A stretch of 64,000 nt of DNA from Octopus vulgaris (taxonomy: Eukaryota). Shown one piece after another: positions 51,931-64,000 of this stretch; the stretch's first letter is position 1; every line of letters starts with the position of its first letter. The stretch lies in the NCBI GenBank assembly GCA_951406725.2, contig OX597820.1, forward strand, positions 26,722,001 to 26,786,000. The letters are read 5' to 3'. A program made the position numbers and the translations under genes. The notes under the pieces are model-generated. The model was not told where the DNA came from, did not search any database, and saw only the letters and a list, made by a program, of their open reading frames with translations.

Positions 51931-53584
51931 ACTATAATCAGTAATTTATAAGCAGGAACTTCAAATTACTGTGGCCACCAGGCAAGGTTATTCAGCAGCA
52001 TTGTTTCACAGTACTTTGAACAGTATAGTATTAATAAACTTATATCAGTACTGTCCCTCTGGGGAGCAATTGAAAGATCGAGAGGGGCATTGAAGAAAAC
52101 AATGGGGGTGCTAATGGAGTGGACAAAAGAGGGCAATTGTTATAAAAACAACAAAATAATGGGTTAGCTAGGTTAAGTTTTATTTGTGAAATACAGTTGT
52201 TTTGAATTTGTTGCAGAACGAGGTCTATGTTTGTGATGAGTGAGGGTGGAGGCTGAGGAGGCAGGGGCGCTAGGAATGTGGCATGGGTGCCAAAGGAGTG
52301 GCAGACCAAAAATTTTTGGGAACTACTGATTTATGCTAATTCATCTGTATTTCATTTTCCTTATTTTCAGGTAAATTTAATATTGTTTTATCTAAAGGTG
52401 ACCATCCCTACTTCACAAAAATCAATAATCTGGAAAGGCTTTGGAATCAAAGGTTCTGGAAAATCGATGTTGTATTGGTATATTAAATTCCTTTTGTTTT
52501 CTATTTGATTTTGTGGACATACTTGTTACAATGTTGTATTGAAGTGAATGTATTGGCTAACCTCATGTAAAAATGCTCAAAATATGTAGCCCTAACTTCA
52601 GTTCTATCAGCCACCTCTTGGACTCGAGACAGTAAATTAAAAAAAAAAAATCCTGACCTTTTGGGCAATAGATCAACACAGAAATAACTTGGCAAAAATT
52701 TACAATGCTTTTGTTGCTATAGATAGAAATTCTTGGGGGCTTGAGAAATAGCTGCAAAAATTCTCATACAAATGGCACGGTCAAGTTGATGACCTTGAAT
52801 AATTTAACACATTTTAAGACTTTGCCACTAAGCAAACATTACAATAGTCTGAAAATATTAACAAATACAAGCAGTGGCAGTAACAGCAGCATTAGCAGTA
52901 GCAGCAGTAGCAGCAGCAGCAAAAGATTAACAAAGTGATGTGAAAGAAAAATATATGCTGACAAAGTGTGTATGTTTGTGTGTGTGTGTATGTGTGTGTG
53001 TAATGTTTAGATGTTATTCTGTGAGTTTGAATGTGTGTGTGAGTGAGTGTGTGTGTGGATGTGTATGCATATGTATATTTGTTGCATGTGTGTGAGTGTG
53101 TGTGTTTGGCTATGTATTTATGTGTATGAGTGCGTGTATATATCTATGTGTGTGCACATGTGTATGTGTGTTTGTGTTTGTGTGTGTGTGTGGGGGGTGC
53201 ATGCATATGTATGTTTGTTGCATGTGTGTGAGTGTGTGTGTTTGGCTGTATATATGTGTGTATGAGCATGTGTATATATCTATGTGTGTGCACATTTGTA
53301 TGTGTGTTTGTGTGTGTGTGTGTGTATTCAGAAAAGAGTAGAAAAGAGGCACACAAAGGGTGTTGGAGAAATATATGTGAAATATAATTTTTTTTTAGAG
53401 GTGAGTGGCAGTAAAAAGGAAATTAATATATTTTGAGACATCAAAGAGAAATAATTTAACAAGAAAGACTCATTAATTTATAGTGTATATCATCATCAGC
53501 ATCATCACCATCATCTTAATCCTCATCATCACTTGTATACAATATCATTATTATCATGATAATCATCATGAATTAAATTTGTTA

Positions 53585-53635
<51 letters not shown>

Positions 53636-54285
53636 GTAACCCCCCCCCCATCCACTCTTTATGTCTGTCTCTGTATTGTCTCTCTCAACCTTCGCCCTAG
53701 TGGCAAATAAAGGAAATTATTATTACACTTACTATTATCATTATCATTATTATTATTAATATATTTTGCTTCATCATCGTATTTCTATTCTAGTGACAGT
53801 TAGCCAACCCACACATATATATGTGTATATGTGTGTGTGTGAGTGTGTATGTATATAATATACACAATTATAATATATATATATATATATATAAGGAGTG
53901 AGAGAGAGAGGGAGAGAGCAAAAAGGAAAGAGATGTAGTGGCATTGCCTTTGGAGTTTTGTATTTATATGTTATTTGCATCTCTTTTTATCATTTCCAGT
54001 TAAATCTATTATCGTGGTGGATAAGTTCTGTTTTCAATCTTCACATTTCTCAGTAACTCTAGTTTGTATTTGAATTTTCTTCTCATATCTTTTGGAGTTG
54101 TAGTGTCATTTGTTGGAATTGATATGTATGTTATCATCATCATCATTATTATTATTTTTCTCTGAGTTTGACTTTGTCGGTTATCCTATTGGGGTTGATA
54201 AAATAAGTACCAGTTGAACACAGGAGTCGATGTAATCAGTTTATCCCCTCCCCCAAAATTGCTGGCTTTGTGCCCGAATTTGAAA

Positions 54286-54323
<38 letters not shown>

Positions 54324-54539
54324 GGTGGAATTTGAGAAATGGACAAAATATGCCTTGTGGTATTACTTTTGATATTTTTTAGATGTTCTGAGTTCAAATC
54401 TTGCTGAGGCTAACTTTGTCTTTCAGCCTCCCAGGGTCAATTAAAGAGAATATTGGCTTAAACTCTTCTTCTAAATATTATTGATGTTGTGCTTAAGTTG
54501 GAAACTATAATTATTATTCCTCATATCATTATTATTAAA

Positions 54540-55990
54540 CCAGTGCAGGCTTTTTCAGTAAGCTGGGATGTTATCTTGAGGTTTGATGGCAACAAGTCTT
54601 CTCAAATCTCAAGAGTCTTTCTGAGGATTCCTGCAGAATACAGCACTGTACTTTTCTGCAGGTTGACAATGCGAGTCTGAACTCAAATATCTTTCAATCC
54701 CTTAAGTAAGCATTACGATTCTGGTTGTGGATAAAAAAGAATGTGGGAACAAATTTAGCAATTTTTGGCAAAATATGTACACTTTTGCCAAGTTATAACA
54801 AAAAGTTAGAGAAATATTTAAAATGCTTACAGTTGGATAGATAGACAAATATTTGACAAAAAAATAATTTGACAAAAACTAATTTTGTAAAAATAATTTT
54901 ACAAAAACAACAAAAATATTAAAAAAACAAAATTATTTTTAGAATCGAAACCATAATCTTTCAATCTCCTAGATAGCATTTTGAATGTTGTGCCAGATGC
55001 ACCAATTACCATAGGAATAATTGGAATCTTAGTCTTCCACATTCTCTTCTGCCCTCTGGCTAGACCTTGATATTTCGCACCTTTTTCCAATTTCTTCAAT
55101 ACTGACTCTGCTATCATGGGGAACTGCAAAGTCTATGAGCATATTCCATTTGTTTATTTTGTCTTCTGTAATCATATCTGGTCTTCATGTTTCAATAGTA
55201 CAGTCAGTCTTCAAGGGGAAATCTCATAAAATGCTGTGATTATTCTCTTTTACAGCCTCTAAAAAAAGAAGGTAAAGTTACCTTCTTGAGTTCCACCAGC
55301 TGATAAGAGCTTGTTTCCCAGTTTAATGATGTATATATTCCCCACCTGGCTGGGATGTCGGTCAATTGCAGGATTACAAAATTTTGCCAGCTGCGTGGAC
55401 TGGAGCAATGTGAAATGAAGTGTTTTGCTCAAGAACACAACACATGACCCGATCCAAGAATCGAAACCATAATCTTATGATCATGACTCCAACACCCTAA
55501 CCACTAAGCCATGTGCCTCCACTATTACAGCCTCCAGTTTGTGTTTATTCCACATGTCTGCAGCTTTGAACCCAGACACTCAGTTAACATCTCAATACAC
55601 ACTTTTACCTACATAGCCACACTTGCACTTATACTCTGTTTGTGCTAGCTTGCTGAATCCACTCAAGTGATGATGAATATTTTCCTTTCCTTTTCCACAG
55701 ATTCTGCAATTGCTCTCTGACTAAGTTTTATCAAACTTTATCTTTATCAAAGTCATTCTGATTGTTTGCTCCTGAGTGACTATAATTAACAATTTGGTGT
55801 CTCGCTTCAGGTTTCCATCTGTCAGCTATATCCAGCATTCTTTTCTTCCAGTACTCTTGGCTTGTTGTGTGAATTAGCTTTGATAATTCCTCCTCTTTCC
55901 AGCTACATGTTCTGTTGTTCTTCCTTCTGTCCTACTGTTTAAATTAATTTTGGCACATCTCTCACCACCAATACTATTCTTTCTCTGCTA
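54540..55990 (-). mobile_element. Decayed R4/Dong-like non-LTR retrotransposon (Zn knuckle + REL endonuclease)
   Basis: Minus-strand fragments: CRICGKGKENIHHHLSG..LAQTEYK; RPDMI...LIDFAVPHD; KYQGLARGQKRMWKTKIPIIPMVIGASG; LQKSTVLYSAGILRKTLEI*. Interrupted by a SINE at ~55290-55523 and an insert at ~54700-54955. Confidence 0.7.
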
Positions 55991-56005
55991 TGCAAAACAT
56001 AATTT

Positions 56006-56041
<36 letters not shown>

Positions 56042-56532
56042 GTCATCGTCATCATCATCATTGTCATTACTATTATTATTTGGCACAGATTAGAGAATAG
56101 GACAAAATACTTTGAGATATTTAGTTATCACGCTTGGCTTTCAGAGTTCCCACCAGTCTGGTTTAAACTTTGTTTTTCTTTCTTACTCCAGGTCTCTGTG
56201 AAATAAACACCAGTCAAGTAGTGGCATCAATGAATTAAGAACTCAGTATATGAGTTGTACAAATTTTATCAACTCTGGAAAGATGAAAAGTAAAGTTAGC
56301 CTTACTGGGATTTTAACTCAGAAAATCAAGGAAGGATATATAAGTGCCGATCAATTGCATCAACAACAGTGCTTGACTGTTAATTATTTTAAAAACCCCA
56401 AAAAGATGAACAGAAAATTTTACCTCAGTGGAATTTGAGCTCAGAACCTAAAGATGGAAGAAATGTCATGAAGCATTTTGTCTCGTGTGCTAATGATAAA
56501 GCAACAACAACAATGCTATCAGCAACAAAAAT

Positions 56533-56566
<34 letters not shown>

Positions 56567-56579
56567 CAATAACAACAAC

Positions 56580-56669
<90 letters not shown>

Positions 56670-57926
56670 CATTTCAAATTTTAGCACAAGGCCTGAAATT
56701 TTGGGGCCAGGGCTAGTCAATTTCATTGACCCCTGTGCTCAACTGGTACTTATTTTATTGACCCCGAAATGATGAAAAGCTAAGTTGACCTTGGCAGAAT
56801 TTGAACTCAGAATGTAATGACATGAAATGCTGCTAAGCATTTCGCCTGGCATGCTAACATTTCTCCTAGCTCACCACCTTCTTAATAACAATAATGATAT
56901 TAATGAAGAGGATGATGATGATGAGGATGATGATGGTGATGATGAAGATTCGCTTTAACTTGGTACAAAGCTAGGAGATTTGAGGAGAGGGGAAGTTGAT
57001 TACATCTACAGTAGACTTGTGAAGTTGCTAAGAGCATCGGGCCAAAACACTTCATGGTATTTGTTCCAGCACTTTATATTTTGCATACACAGTGATGGTT
57101 GGAAAAAAAAAAGAAAGAAAACATTTGCCTGTATCTAAGTAACAACATGATATCTTGAATAAAAAACAAAAAACAATTATAAATCATGGAAAACCTTTCT
57201 ATGGTCTCATGAAAAAAATACGACAAACATGTTTGTTAAACACATTTGTCAAACAAATGGGCTCTTCAATCAACCTGATGGCATATAAAAAAAAAGACAA
57301 GAGTACTGATTGTAGCCCCTGGTCAAGTGGGGTTGTTCTCAATAGATAACTGTTGGTGATTTGACTAAAACATAGAAGAAAACTCTGTAACTTGCCTCTG
57401 GTGGTTAAGACAATTTGAGATTAGTAGAGTGGGGTGGGTTCTGCAATTGGCCCTCAGTGGTAGTGCTTTGTCATAAATATTTTATTTCTTTCATATTTTA
57501 TGCTTTTATTATTTTTCCCATGCTTATTTTCATCAACAGCTGAAGTAGCAATTGCAAACTGTTATACTAAGAAAAATACAAAGCAGAAAAACAAACTCAT
57601 CTTTGTAATAATCATCTCTTATTGGTGTTGAGGAAATAAAGAAATCATCATCTTTATCATCATCATCATCGTCATCGTCATCATCATCATCATCATATTT
57701 ATCGTCATCAGCATCATCATCTACATCGTCATCTACATCATCCACATTGTCATCGTTATCCTATTCTTCGTTGTCGTTGTCGTCATCATCACCATTATCA
57801 TCATCATCACCACCATCATCACTGCCACCACCATCATCATTATTGTTATTTTAATACTTTTTATCATTTTTATTATAGCTGTTATCATTTTTATTATTAT
57901 TGTTATTATCATTATTATTATTGTTG

Positions 57927-57972
<46 letters not shown>

Positions 57973-58284
57973 ATTTATCCTTATTATTATTATTATTATG
58001 CACCCACCTCTGCATCTATGCCCCTGTGGCTGATAAAAGAAATTATTATTATTGTTATTATTATCAACATCATTATTATTATTGTTATTAGTGTTTATGG
58101 AGATGACCATGACAGTTAAGTGCCCAACATTATGCCCAATATCACTTATTATTCCTTCTCAAGGGTATAATTGCATTAAGTGGGAGTGATATAACTTCAA
58201 TGGAAAAGAGATTTAAAGGCCTGCTCTCTCTTCTGACTCACCAGGAGTATTAACTGATATGGTACAACAAGAGTAGTAATAGTA

Positions 58285-58341
<57 letters not shown>

Positions 58342-58621
58342 AGGATGTAAAGTCAAGCTGGCCTGGCTAGATGTCAGTTAAAGCTGAAATGATTGTGGTT
58401 ACAATATTAATGAAAAAGAAGAGGAGGAGGAAGAAGAGGAGGGGGGTGAAATGTGGTAGTGAGAAGTAAATTACAGGTGAAACAGAAACAAAAGGTGAAA
58501 ATAGTAATGGCAAAGGTAAAGAATATGCACATCTGGTGTTTAGGGTTAGGGTTTTTGTTGTACCAAAAAATGGGTGGTGTGCATATTCTTTACCTCTGCC
58601 GTAGTAATAATAATAATAATG

Positions 58622-58662
<41 letters not shown>

Positions 58663-59676
58663 CATAATCATTTCTGCTATAGGCCAGCAATTTTGGAGGA
58701 AGGGGGGCTAAAACAATGCGAAGCGCATTGTGACCAGCAATGTGTAGCAACATCTGATAGCCTGGTTGGTCACATGATCACGTGACATATGAATGTATGT
58801 ATGTGTGTATATATATATATGTGTGTGTGTATCTGTCACACATATATATATATAATTAAATAAATACATAATATATGTATATATGTACATATACACACAC
58901 GCATATATATATATACACAAACACATATACATACACACATACATATATACACACACACACACACATATATATATATGCTCACACATATGTTTATATATAT
59001 AAATACACATTATCAAAAACAACACATCACCAAAGTAATACATGTACAAGAGTGTTAAGTTACAGCATGCATGTAAGCTTTTGAAGAAAGTCCACTGAAA
59101 ATTTTAAGAAAACATAAATAAGTCATGAAATTTACATAGAATCTTAAGTATCACAGCTGTCAGCACCATCACAATTACCAGCAGCAGTGGCCGCAGTAGC
59201 AGCAGCATCACCACCTCCATAACCACCTGTACCACCACCACCACCATTATCAATGTTGAAGTTAGTGAACGAAAAAGGGACCATTAATCTGGTTACTTGA
59301 TTTACAGGGAATAAAAATGCAACCAAATTTTCTAACAATTGTATTTTATAAATAATTATCTGAATGAATTTTTTGTCGATATATATCTCGAGGATTTGCT
59401 TCTGTTTGTGCAAATATACATACATGCATATATATATATATAAATATACAGATATATATGCATACATATACATACACACACACACACACATTATATATAT
59501 GTATGTATATATATATATATATGTATGTATACATATATGTATGCCTCTGTTTTGCTTCTGCTTGTTTTGATTATGTGCATACATACGTACATACATATAT
59601 AGAAATATGTATAAATATTTGTGTATTTTGTGTATATTTATACATATATGTGGGAGTGTGTGTATCTATATCTATC

Positions 59677-59714
<38 letters not shown>

Positions 59715-60102
59715 ATATATATATTTATATAGAAAGAGAGAGAGAGAGAGAAATAAATACATACATATAGTTATATATATTTACCAAAACAATGCAAAAA
59801 CCCAAAGAAGCACCATGGGCAATTTCCAACTCTTACAAAGACAAATTGAAGTTTTACAGAAACAACTCATCAACAAGTTTCCAAGAAAGTGTATCCCCAT
59901 ATACACAGACATCCCAGTTTTTCAATTCAATTATTTGATCTGCTCTAAAAATTCGTAGTAAAAATGAATTAGTTCAACTTCTAATTAGCAATTTGGAACT
60001 TTAAAAAAAGCCAGCAATAAATATGTTAGGCTGTAGGGTATGCAATGAAGATGGAATGAAACAACAGCCAACAGTGAAAAGGAAATTCCCACAAATGAAG
60101 TG

Positions 60103-60133
<31 letters not shown>

Positions 60134-60518
60134 TTACTTGGAAGAGGATGCGCAGTGTTCAATCATAAAATAATATAAAGAATATAGATATATACATATA
60201 TCCATATATACATATGTAACATACATATAAGTACATGCTTATATCTATACATATTCATATATGCTTATGTGGTAACAGGGCTGTACAACAAAAAAGTACA
60301 AACCATGAGTACATAAAACATGAACTATTATTTCATATATATATGCCTATATGTATATAAGTATATATTTATATATATATATATATATAAGTATATATAT
60401 GTATATATAAATGTATATGTATATTTGTATAAGTATATATATATATGTATATATAAATGTAATGTGTATAGGTATAAGTATATATATGAATATATGTATA
60501 TGTCTATATATATATACA

Positions 60519-60558
<40 letters not shown>

Positions 60559-60859
60559 CATACATACAAGAGAGATTCTGACTGTTTGTTTAGTTTACTC
60601 TTTTAGTCTTTTACTTATTTCAGTCATTTGACTGTGGCCATGCTAGAGCACCACCTTTAGTCAAGCAAACTGACCCCAGGACTTATTCTTCGTAAGTCTA
60701 ATACTTATTCTATTGGTCACTTTTGCTGAACTGCCAGGTTCAGCAAAATGAATGTAAATGGTTCAGGGGGAGCTATTATGCTTTTCCTAAAGATAAAGGA
60801 TTGAAATTCTGTCACTTTCTTTCTCTGGCAAAATTAAAGTACCCGGTTCAAGGGAAGCT

Positions 60860-61572
60860 GTTATGCTATTGCCTAATTTGTCACAGCAAAAGTTATGCAA
60901 TGGTACAACACTAATTGTGCACAAACTTATGAGGAACTGTGTTGAAGCCAATATTCTCACTGGTTGTGGTAAAGGTGACACCGTCTTCATTCCTTGCATA
61001 CCAGTTATACCATCTTATGTTCCATTCCAATTTAAGCCGTTACAGTTTCCTATCTCACTTTCTTTTGCCATGAGCATTAATAAAAGTCAGGGCCAAGCAC
61101 TAAAATGTAATTGATTGCAACTTGAATAATTGTGCTTTTCATATGGCCAACTTTATGTAGGAGTATCAAATCTTTTTGCTTATGCACTCCGAAATTAAAT
61201 AAAAAACATTGTTTATAAAGAAGTATTCACTCTTAATGCAACATGAATACTTCAATGACTTAATTTGGCATTGTTATTATTACATTCAAGAAGGAATAAA
61301 TTACCTATTTAAATGAACTCTATTATATAATTGCCATTACGGTATTGATAAGTAAAATAACACATACAACTCACTTATTACTATCATATAATAAACAAAC
61401 ACTAGTTCATGTATGAAATTGATTTTCTTTCTACTTGAATCATTACATATTTTTCTCTTATAAAAATACACACATACATGGGGAGTAAATGACATATACA
61501 ATAATACTTTGAATGTGGCTCCTGGGAAACAGTAAAAGTTATTACCCGATCAACGATGGGTACTACTGCTAA
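60860..61572 (+). mobile_element. Helitron helicase relic 2 with 3' hairpin terminus
   Basis: LLPNLSQQKLCNGTTLIVHKLMRNCVEANILTGCGKGDTVFIPCIP...QFPISLSFAMSINKSQGQAL...FSYGQLYVGVS; subterminal hairpin TACCC..GGGTA at 61543-61562, then CTAA-T (CTRR-type end). Confidence 0.85.
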
Positions 61573-61618
61573 TATATACATACATATTTATATATGCAAA
61601 TATAAATAAATAAATAGA

Positions 61619-61649
<31 letters not shown>

Positions 61650-61724
61650 TCATGTGTGCAAATATAAACACATTGTATATGGGTATGTGGTTTTATGTTT
61701 TTGTATTCATTTAACTACATCTTT

Positions 61725-61757
<33 letters not shown>

Positions 61758-62073
61758 GTGATATATATATATATATATATATATAAACAGCATATATATG
61801 CGTTGTGATATAAATTATATATATATTATATATATATATATATATATGTATGTATATGTATATATATATGCTGCAGTCAAATGATCGAAACGAATAAAAA
61901 ATACATACATGTAGACACAAAATGTGTGTGAGTGTGTGTATCTCTAGTGGAGAACAATGATAAAGAAAACAGAGCAGGATAACTTCATGAGCCATCAGAA
62001 TTATTTATTTGATGCTCAGAGGAATGGCTAGAGTTTCTATGTATGTGTGCATGCATGTATGTATGCATTCAAC

Positions 62074-62118
<45 letters not shown>

Positions 62119-62502
62119 AGTATTGAAAATGTATTATAAAAAACTGATCGTGATATTATATTATGATAATTTCGATGATGATAGTTAATGAAAATATTTC
62201 AGAAGAAAAATATATGATAATGGAAGTAATAATGATGAAAAAGAGAGTGAAGAGAGAGAGAGAGAGAGACAGAGAAAGAAAGAGAAAAGAAATAGAGAGA
62301 GAGAGATAGAGGGAGAGAGTAAATAAGGAGGGGAGTTTGCCAATGTAATCTGCCTGACACTAAAACATCACACTAACACTGAACCTCTACCTACATTTTA
62401 GGCTACATCATAGTAGGATCATTGAGCCACCTAATCAAATTATATACAGGAACAAATATATATATATACGTATGTATGTATGTATGTATGTATGTATATA
62501 TA

Positions 62503-62544
<42 letters not shown>

Positions 62545-62547
62545 CAC

Positions 62548-62590
<43 letters not shown>

Positions 62591-62625
62591 CACATACATA
62601 CATACGTTCATACATACATACAAAC

Positions 62626-62656
<31 letters not shown>

Positions 62657-62682
62657 CATACATACGTTCATACATACATACA

Positions 62683-62722
<40 letters not shown>

Positions 62723-64000
62723 GGTATGTATATATGTATGTATATATATACACATATATGTAATGTATAAGTGAACAGTATCTCATGGGTGTGGATGTAT
62801 TTTATTGAAATAAAAATTACTTAGTTCATTGAAGTAAAATAAAATAATATTTATCAAAAAGCGACTGAGTAAATAAATTGAAGGTTTTAATGGTACACTT
62901 TAATTGAGGTTAATTGAAAATGAGAAGATTGTATCATTGAACCAGAGGTAGTGTCTGGTTGATATCAAAAGAGATGAACTTTCACATGGACAAATCAATC
63001 ATTCAGTCAACCAAATTCAATTTCAGAGACACTGTTGGGTGTCTCTAGGATGAAAAATGCATGGGAAAAGAAATAGTGGAGAGAACCAATGCATACTCAG
63101 CTCACTGTTCAGTAAAAATGTATATTAGTTTGACCACAAACACATTTAAGGCTAGATATATAGCACATATCCGTTTAGTATGTTTCCGAAGTAATTATCT
63201 CGTAACATCACATTCAAAATACAATCTTTGTTTTTGAGTGATGGAAGAGAAAGCAATCTTACAGTATAATGAAATATTATTACAGAAAACAAAAGCATAC
63301 GATATTTATTGTTGCCGCTGTCATCAACTTTCAGTTAAAAAAGCTCAAGATTTTATTACACAATTGTATTGTGGACAAAGATGATGAAACATTGTCACAT
63401 AACCTCCTTGTAAAGAAATTTGAACTTCACCTCTTTAAGTGCATGTTCATATAACAATGGAGTTTGAATTGCAAACTGATGAAATCCACAATATACAGCA
63501 AAACTGAGACAATAACTTGTGATACGATGCATAAAATCAAATTGGAGCATTATTTCCTCATAACAAGTTAAATACTGTAGCTCCCCACCTCTATCAGGGT
63601 AAACATGATTTCTTTTGCATGTGGCACAGAAAGAGCCATGTCTCATACAAAGAATATCTTACCATTAAACTTGGCATATGTACTGTCAATTGTGAGAATC
63701 AAATGGATTATTTACCTTAATCGTTAATGCATTCCAACAGATTAAGCATTATGCAAATTATACATTAAGAATAAAAAATTTTAACCATTAACCATCAAAT
63801 CAAGCCATTTAGCCAAAATTCAGTTCTATCAACATGTCAAACAAACGCAATTATATCTTATAAAGTAAAAATGATTTACAACAATGTCTGTTTCAATGCA
63901 TGATTTCATGAGGAATCTTGTAAAATGAATTGATATATATATATATACATATATATATATGCATATATATATATATATACTTATGTATTATATATATAGA

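Noticed and set aside
60132-60170. Minus-strand donor-like GTAAGT with a short upstream ATG frame
   Set aside because: An isolated signal with no supported acceptor or downstream exon.

Overview
AT-rich, microsatellite- and SINE-dense animal DNA. The repeat landscape points to an octopus or other coleoid cephalopod; this is inference. One host gene can be fully reconstructed by hand: a 7-exon, 244-aa GILT/IFI30-family thiol reductase on the + strand (CDS 4828-23866). It has a signal peptide, a SapA-like Cys motif, a CXXS active site (YYESRCPFS) and the CQHGxxECxxN signature. All six introns are GT-AG and phase 0. The rest is mobile-element debris: several tRNA-derived SINE families (some in head-to-tail multimers), CR1-like, RTE-like, R4/Dong-like and possible Tx1-like LINE fragments, two Helitron helicase relics, a decayed Tc1, and Merlin-like, hAT-like and pogo-like MITEs. 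The most notable non-coding structure is a ~400-bp spacerless palindrome inserted in (TA)n at 2344-2742. Its right arm holds a complete type I hammerhead ribozyme of the Penelope-like kind, and a decayed hairpin of the same architecture lies at 47028-47206. Other points of interest: the GILT protein is unusually cationic, its catalytic exon begins with a recursive-splice-like AG|GTGAGT, and intron 1 holds a nested double inverted repeat. All coordinates were counted by eye, and repeat boundaries are approximate unless a target-site duplication (TSD) is quoted.
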